A stretch of 64,000 bases of DNA from Podarcis gaigeae (lineage: Eukaryota): NCBI GenBank assembly GCA_964106915.2, contig OZ066916.1, one strand, 5' to 3'. The position numbers and the translations under genes are program-made. This document shows positions 25,911-39,739 of this stretch, one piece after another (within the stretch, counting starts at the first letter, position 1; the number at the start of each line of letters is the position of its first letter). Under the pieces are notes generated by a model. The model worked only from the letters and a program-made list of their open reading frames with translations. It was not told the DNA's origin and ran no database searches.

Positions 25911-27996
25911 TCGTAACACATCTGCCCTAATACCAGAAAGCAGCCAGAGTCAGGAGAACTTCAACAGTTAACGTTTATTTTTGAACAACAGAACAGCAGC
26001 TAGGACTTGCTACTGAGGTAAAACCAAGGTTACAACTCATTCCCAGTTAACTAAAGAGGGAACTCCACCCAAAGAGGGGAGGAGAATTTCTTCTACATAA
26101 CAGGGCATGTCTCTTAAGGAGACATACTACAAACTCTAACCGCATGACTTTGACATTTCCCCCAGCTGTTTCCCTGCCTTCCTTCTTTGGCTTATAAATC
26201 CTTGGTGGCAGCGGAGGCTGTGCCTTTCTAAATGCTGGAGCAATATCTAGTGTAAACCCTGATAGGGTGCAAAACACTAGTCATTTTTTTAAAAAAAACC
26301 CAGACAAAATGTTAAAGAAAAAAAATCTCAAAGCGGTTTACAACACATTAAAACAGCAAATCAAACAATCCAGAATAAAACATCCTTGAAGAAAGTCAAA
26401 TATAAAATGTGCATTTAAAGCAGTGTAATTAACAAGAGAATAAAATATTTTCATAAGCATAGAACATATCTGCTGCTGTTGCTGCCAATCCTGCCAATGG
26501 TGGTTCATCAATAAGTAACCAAACAATTAAACCCCTGTGTTGCAAACAATTATCAGTAATATCCAAAGCAACACGATGACCAAGTAACAATGCGATGTCA
26601 ATATAAACTCTTTATTTAATCTATACAGAACATTGAACAATATGAAATATGCACTCTCTACAAAACCAAATAAACAGAAATCTTATAAATCTCTGAAAGT
26701 CACAGAATGTGCACTCTTGATGGATTCTCTTGAAAACATAGAACCAAATAAACATAAGCCTTATGAGTCTCTGAAAGTCTTTGTAGACTATGCAAGTCTC
26801 TGAGACCCAAGTTTGCACTAAGAGACAGGCAAGATGGTCCAATGCAGTCCAAGTAAGCCAGTGCAGATGGTAAAGAACGGAAATTGCATTCTCCTAGCAA
26901 CACATCTCCCTCAGGGTACCAGCTGATGTATTGTGTACCAGCTCAAACTTTCCATGCAATTGTCAAGGAAATAAGAGTCCATTCTAGTGTTCTAGCCTCA
27001 AGGTGAAGTGCTCACAAATGACAACTGCCAAGCCTAGTCCAGGTAATGCTTGCTCCTAAGTTTAAACAAGGGGTGAAGGGTGAGGAGAATCGGGTTTCTT
27101 TTGCTCAGACATTTTATGATGCTTTGCTTGTTTCCCCCCTCTCTTATAGGCTCGATAGCATGACAACTGCTCATGCATAGCTTCATTTTAAAAACAACAA
27201 CAGCTATATTACAAAACTGTTCTCCAAGTAGTGACATCGCTACAAACCAGATCGTTCTGCTCCTGATTTTTTGATTACGCAAAGAAAAGGCTGGCACAGA
27301 AAATGGTATTAAAGTTCATTTTGCACATTGCCTGATGACACATTCCTCTTTCTTTTGGCCCTAAAACATATTGCCAAGGATGAGAAGTTTTGCTTGTGAC
27401 TGTGAAAAAAACAGATCAGCATTCTCAAAGCATCTTTCTTTATTTCCCCACCAAGATTCAGAGTGATGCTAAGTTTCGTTGAATAAATCTACCATTAAAC
27501 TAAGAGGGATGGAGAGAATTTATTTTTTTTTGGGGGGGGGGGGGCTAATTAATAAGATATAACCTAATTCACACTTCTCGTACCAATGTACAAACTGAAA
27601 CACAATTAGTCTTTGAAATTTGCAGTTCTCAGAATTTTATGATGCAGGACCCCAACCAAACATTATGTAGAAATATGCACATGTTAGATGAAAGCGTGCA
27701 GACTTTAGTGAAAGTAACATACAATGATGTATTTATATATTATGGATAATTGCTTTCAAAAATGTGTGTACTGTATAGTCAAATTGCATATAAAAATGGT
27801 GTATACTGAGAAAAATTCACATTGAACTACTGAAAATTTATATGAGGGTTTTGTTTTTTGTTTTTAAAGTGAATTGCTGCAGAAATATGGAGAGCTGAGT
27901 TTAAGACAGGAAAAATGAGAAATGGATGGAAACCAAAAGTGACATTAGACAAGACACTAGATAGTTTTTTGTAAGTTCTACCAATCTGAGACTGAC

Positions 27997-28524
27997 CCAG
28001 AAACTTCAGTGGGTGCAGAATTACGGTGTCCTCGCCGCGGGATCACATTCACCCGGTGCTATACCAGCTGCACTGGCTCCCAGTGGAGTACAGGATCAGG
28101 TTTAAGTGATGGTTTTAACCTTTAAAGCCCTATACAGTCTAGGACCCTTGTATCTATGGGACCGCCTCTCCTGGTATGTCCCACGGAGGACCTTACAGTC
28201 TTCAAACAAAAACATCTTGGAGGTCCCGGGTCACAGGGAGGTTAGGCTGGCCTCAACCAGAGCCAGGGCTTTTTCGGCCGTGGACCCGATTTGGGATGCT
28301 CTGTCCCAAGAGACTAGGGCCCTGCAGGACTTGACATCTTTCTGCAGGGCCTGCAAGACAGAGCTGTTCCACCAGGCCTTTGGCCAAGGCACAGTCCTGT
28401 AATCCTCACAGAACTGTAGCCCAATGGTTGCCATTAATTTGATTTTCAATTGATTTTAGAATGCTGTGTTATTTTTATTGTTGTTAGCCGCTCTGAGCCC
28501 AGCTTTGGCTGTGGAGGGTGGGAA

Positions 28525-28588
<64 letters not shown>
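27997..28588 (+). mobile_element. L2-clade LINE 3' fragment with long (TTA)n tail
   Basis: LYQLHWLPVEYRIRFK...ARAFSA...KTELF motifs; GTTAGCCGCTCTGAG and GGAGGGTGGG followed by (TTA)n. Confidence 0.85.
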
Positions 28589-28589
<1 letters not shown>

Positions 28590-30204
28590 CTCACCCATTC
28601 TTATGTGTTATTAGATTCTTCTTCTTCCCTGCACCCCGGCAGGGCAAACTGCAGCTCCCTCTCTGGCACACAGTGGCACACTGTCCACTGTATCTTGGTG
28701 TAGTTGCTATTTACTAATTAGAAACCTGGATAAAGCAAAGGAGTGGTAGAGAGACTGCAGGTGGGTTTCACCTAACAAAGCCCACAAATGGAAGCATTAC
28801 ACAAGGGCTTCTGCTTCTGCAACAGGCCTTTCTCTCCTCCCCTACCCCCAAGCCCCAAATTGGCTTGGAGGATCAGAATATTCCCTAAAACAGTTCATGG
28901 GAGGAGGGGAGGATGAATTGTTCTGTCTGGCAAGCTGATAAACTTGTGCAGCCACAATGTTGAATTCCACCCTGGGTATATAGTCTATTTTATTTATTAC
29001 ATTTCTGTCCTGCTCTTTGTTCCCTTAGCACCCCTGGGCAGCAAGCAACAAAAACAGCAATAAGACGAACATATATATATATATTTTAAAAACCTGGAAA
29101 CATTTAAAAACAAATATCCTCATAGCTAACTGAATCCTTTCTAGGGTGAACTGATGCAACCAAGGCAAGGGTTCTTAGCTGTGTAAAAGAGGGGACTTCA
29201 GCAAGAGCAGGCCAGGGCATGTTTTCTAACCAGTGGGCAACCATACTGGGCAACTTAATCCAAACAAGACTGAAACATACACACAGATGCCGTTTGGTCA
29301 GCCAGTTTTGAATGCTGGTGAAGGATAGTGACTGTTGTCAAGGATGGAGTTCCTTTGCTGCTTGAAGAAAAAGGCAGAGTTTTTATGCAACAGAACAAAT
29401 AAAAAACAAACAGTTGTGTGGTATTTCTAAATCCATTGGTCTTCACTACAACTTACCCTGGATGGTGTACACACACGTGTACACACACACGTGTACACAC
29501 ACACACACACACACAATATGTATGTGACAGCTGATGCTCATATGTCTTAGAATGGCTGTCCAAGCTAGGTGTTTGGAGACACCAGGTGAGGCAAGATGTA
29601 TGCCTCAGTTTTCTTCTTCCAGTGCCTTTAATGGCTTTATAAGGTCTGTTTATTCATTTCAAATAATCAACCTCCATCAAAATTGATTTCAGAGTGGTTT
29701 AAAAGCTTTTAAAAAAATCAAATTTATAGAACTTCAAATAAGTGATAACCCTGCAGAGAAAAGGGCAGTCAGCAATATTTAAAAGTACATAAAAGTACTT
29801 TTAAATCCTGAGCAAATAAAACGATCACTTACAACAGGGTGGGGAGCTGCAGTTTCCACAGGCCAGAGACACCCTGCCAAGTCTTCTGAACTGGACTCGC
29901 CAGCTTTGTGCCAAGGCAGTGGGGGCCATCAACTCGGATGGCTTTAAAAGAGGATTAGACAAATTCATGGAGAAAGCTATCAATGGCTATGGGCTGCGAT
30001 GGCTAAGCTCTGCCTCTGCAGTGCGAGGCAATAATGCTTCTGAAAACCAGTTGCCAGGAGGGGAGAGTGCTCTTGTGATTGAATCCTGCTTGTGAGTTTC
30101 TCACAGGCATCTTGCTGGCCATTCTGAGAACAGGATACTGTACTGGACTGGGTGGGCCCTTGGCCTGATCTAGTAGAACTCTCTTTATGTTCTTATGAAT
30201 GGGG

Positions 30205-30253
<49 letters not shown>

Positions 30254-30364
30254 TGGCAGCATTGGGTCCATGACGTTGCTGTGTAAAAAGAAAAGAAAGG
30301 GAAACCAATGGCACAAGCCCCCAAACAGCTACATGGAGGCCAGTACCTGCAGTCAAATGCCACT

Positions 30365-30640
30365 TAAATGACCCTAAATGGCCTCGGCCCAGTATACCTG
30401 AAGGAGCATCTTGACCCCCATTGTTCAGCCCAGATACTGAGGTCTAACTCTGAGGACCTTCTGGTGATTCCCTCACTGTGAGAAATGAGATTACAGGGAA
30501 CCAAGCAGAGGGTCTTCTCAGTAGTGGTGCTCCCCCCATGGAACGCCCTCCCATCAGATGTCAAGGAGATAAGTAACTACACAATCTTTACAGAAGACAT
30601 CTGAAGGCAGCCCTGTATCGGGAAATTGATGTTTTATTAT
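30365..30640 (+). mobile_element. L2-clade LINE fragment
   Basis: ALNGLGPVYLKEHL and R.FSVV.P..WNALP motifs. Confidence 0.75.
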
Positions 30641-33600
30641 GGGACATAATAAAACCAAAAGAAAACATGAACATTGGGTCCCATGGCCTGAAAGAAAGCA
30701 TAATTTTTCCTCATAGAATGCCCTGAGAATTATTTAATGGGTTATGGTTAGGGTATTTTTTACTGGGGCATAAAAATACCTGCAACTGTGGAATATGCTC
30801 CTGATTATATAAGGCTTGCAAGAACAGGATAGGAAGTGTGTCCTTTGGCTAAGCCCTGATAAAGTTGTCAGTATGTTCCTCAATCACCTGTGCCTTTAAG
30901 CATTGACCTTCACCCGATTCCTGTGCTACTAAAATTTTACTTGTGGCATTTCTGCTGCCACTACAGGTCAAGGCGCAGGAGTCTGGCCAGAAGAAGCTGG
31001 CAACCCTACAAAAATATCCCGTGGTGTTCACTATAGTTGAAGGGAACACAGCCCCGAGGAAAGATGCAGTTGCCCAAGGAACCAAGAGGAACTCCAGTAT
31101 CAGCTTTCATAGTGGTATTCATAGACTTTCCCTCAAGATATTGTTGCACATGAGGGTGACTTGCAAAAAATAGTCCCATGCTGCAAAAATAGAACATGAA
31201 AAATAGCCCTAATTTACGGATTCCACTTTCAGACCTTGGGAAGTGGTGAGGCTCATAGATCATAGCGGGAGCTGGGGGGGGGGCAGGAATCAAGTGCAAA
31301 AGGGCTCAGTAGCCAGGAGCAATGTTGCCAGAGAATAGGAAGAAGCAATAGGGGGGGGGGAGAGAGAGAGAGAGAGAGACTTGCCTCCACCGTGAATCCT
31401 GCAGAGAACGTCAGGATAGCTCAAGCAACAGCTAATCGATACACACATTACTCTGCCTTAGTACTTGTAAATGATTTGCATCTTATGCCATGCCCTGAAT
31501 CTTCAAGCTAAAATTAAAAGAACTACTGAATGATTCACGGACCATGGGGATTTTAGGCTGGGAGAATGACTCAGCAGATAAAACAAAGAATAGTTGTTGC
31601 ATCAGCAGCAGGGCTCCCCCCCCCCATGCCCTCGAGGGACAGGGAAGTAAAATTATCTAACATAAGCAGAAAGAAAGTGCCATCACCACCGGCTCACCAA
31701 GCTCCCGAAGGCATTTTCCCTTTTTTTCTATTAATGAGGCCTAGTACAGTGAGGTGGGAAGACTGTGTCTGGACTGTTCTTCTGATTCAAGATGAGGCTC
31801 CCATGACTCTTTGCATTACAGCTATTTCATACACAATGTGTTAGGGAATAGAATTTGAGCTTAACCTGCTCTCTGATGCTTGTTCTCTGTCTGCAGGGTA
31901 TACATTTCTTCCTAGTGAGGGGCATTCAGTCTTGTGGGACCATACCTTCAGTCTGAGGTGGCAAAGCCCAGGTGCACGTTTACAATTTCCTTAATCATTA
32001 GGCTTAAACTAAACTTGGCTAAAGAAAGTGTGTACAACAGGATCTGGGTGTGCAATGAATGGTACACAAACTGGTTTAGATGGCAAACATCTTGTCACAT
32101 TTCAGGAATTGGAAATCCAGACAAAAAAATTGTTGAGCTTTTTTTGGGGGGGGAGGGGCAAAGTTGTTGAGCAAAAAAACCCCCCACTTCCTCAATGGGT
32201 TTTCCTGAACATTTAAATCAGAAAATTCTGGGAAATTTCAGACGTATGGCAGCCCTAAAAGCCTTGTTGATTGTAAGAAGCCAGTAAAGGCCTTGTGCAT
32301 CAAGCCTGAGTCCCTGGGATGCTTCAGATAATGCACAAATACACACCATTGGCTTATTCATAGGTTCCACTGAATTCAGGTACAAGCTGTCGCTACACAC
32401 ATGCAAGTGTTCGTGTGGAAGTGTGTACATTTGCAGATGAGTACAGCTCATCTGTTGTGTACACAGGCATACAGGCAAAAAGGGAAATAGAGGAAGAGGG
32501 CAGACACCATTATGGTAAGCCCTTGCCGCATATCATTTTGCCGCATATCTATGATTCCCAAATGAGGTTCTTTGGTAAGCATATATAGGATTGTAGCCTA
32601 TGCAGCTTGGAGCTCTGTGGAAAAAAGAGTGGAGTATAAGTTAACTAAATCAAACTTTTCTTAACTGCAGATGCAATGGAGACATTTCACACATTTCCAG
32701 CTGCCAGTTACCCTGTGTTAGACTTGGATGTGTGAACTACCTCTGTGTCTCCTGGGCTTTACTTCAGTAACTGCCAGTACTATGACCAAAATGCAGATTC
32801 TGCAGTTACTCCTTTCAGAAGGTGTGATTCTTAGTTTTGGATGTTACAGGGAAGCATAGCATTAAAGGCTAGGCATGCATGTGGCCATTTCAAAATGTGA
32901 CTTCTGTTCTCTGCATTGACCACTCTTTGTTTGTTCCCCAGCAACGTGCAGAGCTAACATGAGGATCGGAATAGACAACTTTGTAAAAAAAAGGAAACCT
33001 TAACTGTTGGTAGCACTGTGTGTGGCCCATGCTCTTGTCATCACTTGAGATAGTTGTGGTACTAAACTGAAATCTAGCATACTTGTATTTAGCAGCATAA
33101 GTTGTGGCAATTACCCTCCCTCCTAGAGGTAGCTGTCGGAGCATACCAAGTAGGTAGCATTTCAGAGGGGGCTGACTGGTCTCAGAAAATGTCAGCAGTC
33201 CAGCCTGGTCCAGGAAGACAGGAACTGAACCTGACCCAGGTCTGCATATGGTATATGTATGTTGTTTGGCTGAGGACATTCCATCCAAGATGAAGCAATG
33301 CAAACAGGGAGAGTTTCAGACCAACATGTCCTTGTCCACTGAGTTTAATATTATCTACACCACTGCAAATGTCCTTCCTGGGTTTCAGAGCAAGAAGCAT
33401 TATTAGGGCTGCCACATGTCAAGATTTCCCTGAACATTACCGGGATTTCAAAGGCATAATTGACGTCCAGGTGGAATTTCCGAAAGGCGCTGCTTTGTCC
33501 TGGATCTTAGGCAAGCTCAGCAACTCTCAGGGGAGGGGGGGCTGGTTTTTACTTTTTGAAATAAGCCCCCACAGAGTGTATGACATATGTTTGTGATGAT

Positions 33601-34199
33601 GCACTGCTGCAAGATCAAATGTGGGAGAAGCTTCTCGTCCTTCTCGCATGTGTGAATTTCCTTGCCCTTCTTCCTTGCCTCACCCTTACTTCAGACAATT
33701 CAAGTACTTGGGTTGCATAAAATGTAGTAATTTGTAATGTAGCTATTGCAGCAATGTTATTTTTGGGGGTGGGCAGGCAGGGCAATAGAGCCAAGGGTGT
33801 AAGGGGTCTCAGGTACACCTTGGGTGCCAAGGACTAAACTTTGGGCCATCTGCATGCAAACTATATGATTTACCAATGAGCTATGGCTACCTCAATAAAC
33901 TGCCAGGAATCTTAAAGGGGGGGCTGATTTTTTTTCTGGGTTGTTGGGGACACCTGGAGGCCATGATATTGAAGAGACATAACTTCTGTTGCAGCAAAGC
34001 GGTATAGACCTAGTTTATCTCTTGGTTTTGTTCCCCTTAGTCTCCTAAGGGGATGCACTTAAAATTTTATTAAATGCACACTGGAAATCTGTAAATATTC
34101 CTTCAGCTGCAGAAAAGAGTAAAAAGGATTATGAGTAAAGGGGAATGCTATAGCTCAAAGTCTGTGCAGGCAGCTTTAACGGTTGTGTCCATTGCCACC

Positions 34200-34640
34200 A
34201 GTGTCAGATTCATGTATAAGCTAAACAAGCTATAGCTTAGGGCCCCACTCTCTTGGGGACCCCAAAATATTTTAAAGGAAAAAACCACTGGATGTACATT
34301 TCCAAAATATAAGATAAAAAACAAATAAAATAAAACCTAAGGACAGCAACAGTGTTTTGTGTTGTGTAGGCTCCTATGATGTAAGTAATGGGCCCTACCT
34401 GCTAGCCTGCTTCCTAAAATATAACCGGTTTGCTCATTTCTATATATAGGGTGCCTACATTCTGCATGGACTGGTTGCGTGGCAACATGTGCAACTGGCT
34501 TTGGATACATATTAGGTCCTTAAATTATTATATAGCATATATTCAACACAAAAAAAGTGACAATTTGTTGTTGACAAAGGACAGCTGGACATATAAAGGG
34601 CCCTATTACCTTCAGTAGCTTAGGGCCTCATCAAACCTAA
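34200..34640. mobile_element. Probable non-autonomous DNA transposon remnant
   Basis: TAGCTTAGGGCC motif at both ends with an AT-rich interior; family not identified. Confidence 0.4.
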
Positions 34641-37242
34641 AATAAAATAAAATGGGGGGCATGGTATTTTTTTGGAATCAAAAAGTGTATTGTATGTGAA
34701 AGTCTTGGCAAAGTTTCAGAAAACCCCTCACCATCCTGTTGTCCCCCTGTTGAGTCAGAATCATAGAATTGTAGAGTTGGAAGGGACCACAAGGGTTGTT
34801 GTTTCAGATTATAATTCTCTTTACCCATAAATTGCACATCTGTGCTGGTTGGGGCTGATGCGAGCTGTGGTCCCAACCACCTGGAATATACCAGGTTGGT
34901 GAAAGGTGGTCTAGGATATTAGATTTGGCAGAGTTTCTCTCTTTTTACACCACTTATCTTTTTATCCTTCATTTGCTTCCTTTAATTAAGTGTTGGATTT
35001 TCATGCTTTTTGCATTTTGACGCAGATGTGGCTGGTATGCACTTATTTTTCTTTCTCATCTGTATTTTGCATAATAAAAAATGGCAAATGTGTGTTATAT
35101 AAAAGGTAGGACAGATGTTTTCAGTGACATGAACAACAGTTCCTGTTATCAAGTTAATGTATTTCAAATGCTTCTTGGAATGCAATACACTCTGTTCTGC
35201 TGAACATCAGTTCTCATGGCTGAACGTCAGAAATACCACCACCTGTTCTTGTCCATTTTCAAAGGGTATGTATACACTACAAATCTAAAACAGGATGCCT
35301 TTTTTTCACCCAAGGAATCCTGGGAACCATTGTCCAATGAGAGGGTTAAGAAGCATGAGCTGTAGAGGTGAGGAACCTGTGGCCCTCCAGATGTTATTGG
35401 GACTACAGCTCCCATAATTCCCTGCTGGCTAGGGTGATGGGAGTCAGATTCCAAAACATCTGGAGGGCCACAGGTTTCCCACTCCTCACTAAAGGAATTG
35501 AAATTCCCAGGTTTCTTGGAGGAAGCCATGATAGTTCAATTAGGTTTCACTCTGTTTATCTTTGTTCAGTCTGAAAAACCTGTTGATGATGCCACAGTGC
35601 TTTAAAAATAGAGAGAAGGCTTCTGAAGATAACACCATACCAGAGTTGGGGCCTGCATTGCAAAGCCATTAGGACCGTACTTATAAAGGTCATAATGAAT
35701 AGCAGTCCAAGACAGCCACAAAGTGTTGTGTCAGGATGGATTATGTTAAGCAGTAGCTGGCAGTGTTGCCATCATTGTTTATAAAGGGCACTGTCTGTTT
35801 CTGTTTATGTCCCCATCTTTCACATTTGTTCCAATGCTAAAGCCCCTCTTTAATATTCACATTAGAGAAAGCAGCAGAAGAAAACTCTGAGCAGACACAG
35901 CCAGTATAAAAACTGACAGCGCAGAACATCGTGCTTTTAGTTGTTGATCTGCTGGCTTGTTTTTTGTCCATTGGAATTTGTACTTCAAAGCAACCTATGG
36001 GGCTTTTTTTGGTCTTTGCAAACACACACACATGTGGATTTAACAGTGCATGATAAGCAGAGCTTGGCTGCAAAACAGCACATGCTCGATAGCAGTGCCA
36101 TATAAACCAGGCAGACCCCCCACTGTGCATCAAAACAAAAAATGGTTTCTCAAGATGTCATCTGCTAAAAATGATAAAATGCACTTAGCAGTTCGTGTGC
36201 TGACATTTAGTTCCTTTCTCTTTTCGTTAAAAATACTGGAAGGGGGAGGGAGTGGAGTCTTGAATAACGTTCTTTCTTTCTTTCTTTCTTTCTTTCTTTT
36301 TCAAGGGACTCATCTTTCTGGTAAAGAAGTATTAAATAAAGATTAGATAGCTTTATAATTAAAAGAGAATTTTCAATGAATCTTTTTATTAATGCCTTCT
36401 CAGAGAGATGAAAGTAAAAATAAGTAAATTGTTCTGTTTATTCAGTTCTAAGGCAGGGGTGGGGAACTTGGGAAGATTTTGCCAAACTACAACTCCCATT
36501 TATCACTGATCATTGACTATAGTGGCTGGGGCTGATGGGAGCTGGAGCCTGGCAACACTGGAGGAATCCTACAACTCCCTTATTACACCAGCTTCACTGG
36601 CTGCTGGTCGGTTTTCAGGTATTATTGAAAGTGCTGGTTGTGATCTATAAAGCCCTATTAGGCTCAGGTCTAAGCTACCTGAAATTCCCTTATATGAACC
36701 TGCCCAGGTTCTAAGATCTTTGGTTCTGCCACCCTCTCGGGTAGCAACACAAGAGAGCCTTTCCTTTCTCTGGGTGTTCTCCTATTTTTCATTGTGTGCA
36801 GTGAAATTATACATGGTATTTGCACCTTTCATCAGGCTTCCATTTAGTTATTTGCATTGCACTTTTATTACGTAAGGGATCATGTTCGCTATCCAATTTC
36901 TTTTGTAAAATAGATAACTGGTTTCTTTTGTCAAGCAGATAACCTGGCACATTCCCCGGCACGCTCCTTTCGTATAACTGAAGAATGGGCCAAGTATAGG
37001 TGATCTGCTGCCATAGGGGCTAATCGTCAGAGAGATGTCGTTTGGAAGCAGTAAAAACAGCATAATGTACACAGTTTCATTATGTAACAAATTAATAAAC
37101 AACCCCAACAAAGCGTGTTCTCATTAAAAGAGAGCACGTGTTGCGGATGGGGCCAAGCAAAACCCTATTTAGTTGCCAGGCTATAGATGGCTATGGGCCT
37201 GAAGAAGATTGGGGATTTGTTACTGGGGTAAATTTGATGTTG

Positions 37243-37306
37243 CCAATTTAGGGGTGGGATCAATGCCTATATATAAGCAAGGTCCACAGCTTTCTCTTTC
37301 TCTTTT
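37243..37306 (+). promoter_or_regulatory. Pol II core promoter of the element
   Basis: CCAAT 37243-37247, GGGGTGGG 37251-37258, TATATATAA 37268-37276, pyrimidine (TCT-like) initiator ~30 nt downstream around 37300. Confidence 0.65.
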
Positions 37307-38587
37307 GCTGTGGACACCGGATCTGCACCGGAGCGATTTCAGCAAATGTTTGGGTTGTATATTTTCCCCTTTTCTCCCTTTCTTCTTCTTTCATTATTTT
37401 ATTGCTGTATAATTTTCTCTTCTCTTATTTTATTTCCTCCCCTTTTGTTACTCTCTTCAGACTTCGGCAGGGGGGGGGGGCTCTCGGCCCCGGGTGGCCT
37501 GCGGCCTGTTCCAGGCCGTGCCAGGGGACCAGAGCTGGGGGTGCGATCTTCCTAGCCTTCCCCAGCCTACTTCCGAGTGCCACCCCCTCGGGGTGCCAGC
37601 CGCGGGGATCGCCCGGCGGCATTATTTGGCCCGGCCGGGCCTCTGTTTTATTCTTCGCCCTTCCTAGGCCTTTTAGAGTGCCGGAGAGGCCCCTTGATTG
37701 TCCCGTGGGCTGGGAACGGGGCTTCGGCCCCCGTAAATTGTGCGCGCAAAGAGCGCGCGGAGACCGGCCGTTTTGTTTTTTTTCTGTTGTGCTTGTTTCG
37801 CGCCGCGCGCGGCTTTCTCCCCCGCCGCTTGGGCCTGCGGGCGTCGGGGTCGCGCCGCGGCCTCCTACCTGCCCGGGATTCCGGTGGCACCGGGGAGGCC
37901 CGCACCGGCCCCCCGGGTGTTGTCGGGGGGGGGTGCGCGCGCTCCAGGGGCCTGCTGATGCCGCGATCGGCCGCGGCCTGGTTTTCGGCCTGATTTGGGC
38001 CTTCCCTCCCCCTGTAAGTGCCAATCCGACCATTGCAGCCCCGCGGTAGGCTGCTCGGCGGTGGGGGCGACTGACCTGGCCTTGGGGCGGGCTCCGGTAG
38101 GTCGGCTACTGCCGCTGGTGGTGGGGGGCTGCTGGCAGGCCCCAAAGGGAGCCTTGATTAAGCGAGGCGGCTGGGGGCCCTCCATTTGCTGCCTCATTCG
38201 GCGGGAGCGCCATTTTGTTTCTTTTAGACCACGTGGTGGCCTCTAGTGTTCAGGCCTTGTAACAGCAGGGCCTGGTGGCTGCATTGTCCTAGGCCAGAGC
38301 ATTATTTAGCCTTATATCGCAGCCCCTAGTGGCTGTTTATATGCTTGCAGGTATTTAATTCCTCTCTTGCACACGGCCAGTCAGCTATTGCTAGAGAGGT
38401 ACTGCTGTTGAGTATAAGGTTGCAGGTTTGACCCCCCCCCCTATTCGGACAGCCTTTTACTCCTAGTGGCTGGGGGGAGAAGCAAGTGGTTGGTTTCTTG
38501 CCTACTGGTGTTTTAATTTATCATTTGTCTTGACTTTTATTTAACAATTTAATTTCTCTACCTAGCATTGTTGCGGATTTAGCGACC

Positions 38588-38589
38588 TA

Positions 38590-38631
<42 letters not shown>

Positions 38632-38644
38632 TAATTAATTAATT
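38588..38644. repeat. (TAA)n microsatellite inside the putative leader intron of the element
   Basis: Direct observation; lies between donor-like CAG|GTATTT (38350/1) and acceptor TTCTATTCTCTTTTCACCAG (ending 38662). Confidence 0.9.
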
Positions 38645-38670
38645 CTATTCTCTTTTCACCAGTAGTAGGA

Positions 38671-39138
38671 ATGGCTCCTAAGAAGGCAGCAGGGAGGCCT
38701 GATCCAGCCCGCTCTTCGAAGCGGCCTATAAAAGGCCCGTCCCAGGCCTTGCGCTCTCCGGAGCCTAGTCAGTCTTTGAAACGCATCCAGTCCATGGTTT
38801 CAAGTTTGTCTGGCGACCCGGCGGCACTGACAAGGGTGGAGGCAGAGATGGATGGATTGCTGCATCGCTGCTCAACCCCGTCAACCTCCTCTGCGATCCT
38901 GGCTCCCCCTGGAGGCGCAGCATTTCCAGCGACTTCATCTAGCAAAGAGGAGGGAGAACCATTTTCTGCCAGTGGTTCTTTGCCTAATGCACAGGCCCTG
39001 TCTTCGGTCTCACCGGCGGCGCAGGTGGCCATGCCAAGGGGTCGTGGTCGTACCAGGGTTGGTGCCAGGAGGAGGGCGTCGACTCGGGGTCATGTAGTGC
39101 GGGGTTCTCCTTTGCAGTCTACGGTTGTGGGGAATTAG
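38671..39138 (+). CDS. Gag-like ORF1, N-terminal basic/low-complexity part
   Basis: ATG in good Kozak context (GGAATGG), MAPKKAAGRP...; first ORF of the element; stops at 39138 out of frame with the conserved Gag C-terminal part. Confidence 0.6.
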   Translation: MAPKKAAGRPDPARSSKRPIKGPSQALRSPEPSQSLKRIQSMVSSLSGDPAALTRVEAEMDGLLHRCSTPSTSSAILAPPGGAAFPATSSSKEEGEPFSASGSLPNAQALSSVSPAAQVAMPRGRGRTRVGARRRASTRGHVVRGSPLQSTVVGN

Positions 39139-39722
39139 CCCCCCCCCCGCTTGAGGGTCAGGAGCCGTTGGACAAGGGCTTCCCTGCCCCCAAGAAGCGG
39201 GCGTTCGTAGCAAAAGCAGATAGGACTTTTGAACGTTGGATGGATAGTTTCCAGGTTTTTGCTGGTGTGGTTTCCGCAGCTTATCCCAGGAGATCTTTGC
39301 ACTTATGGGTGTATCTGTCTATTGTTCGTTCTGCCTTTACGATGGCCGGAGAGACCGCCGCTTTGTCTTACGACCAGAATTTTAGGCGTAGAGCGGCCAA
39401 GATCCCCACGGCCCGATGGGATCGGAAGGACTTGGACGTCTGGACCACTTACGTGGCCCCCCGCATTGATAAGAAGGTCCCTGATACGCAGAAATTTAAG
39501 GCTGCCCCATCAAGGTTAGGCCGCAAGCTGTACTGCTGGGATTTTAATAAGGGCGCTTGTCCACGACAATCCTGTAAGTACACGCACGCGTGCGAAAAGT
39601 GCTCAGGGAACCACTCTGCGTCCACGTGTTTGGGGGGCCGCCGTCCCTTTCGGAAAGGCGGGGGCTCCCAACAGCCCCCGAAAGCCGCTTCCCAGGTCCC
39701 TGCCGCTGGAGCGGGAAAGTAG
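39118..39722 (+). CDS. Gag-like ORF1, conserved C-terminal part with zinc knuckles
   Basis: RTFERWMDSFQVFAGV...YP...Y...SYDQNFRRRAA..P..RWD motif of YR-retroelement Gag; CWDFNKGACPRQSCKYTH (CCCH) followed by CEKCSGNHSASTC (CCHC). Frame is open from 38988; start placed at a putative acceptor. Confidence 0.8.
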
Positions 39723-39739
39723 CATCCTATCCTCTTTAG

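Noticed and set aside
37345-37460. Hydrophobic signal-peptide-like uORF (MFGLYIFPFSPFLLL...)
   Set aside because: Hydrophobicity follows trivially from a T-rich polypyrimidine tract; no independent support
37402-38246. Several overlapping 80-215 aa ORFs on both strands in the element leader
   Set aside because: Expected from very high GC content (few stops); Pro/Gly/Arg-rich with no recognisable domain
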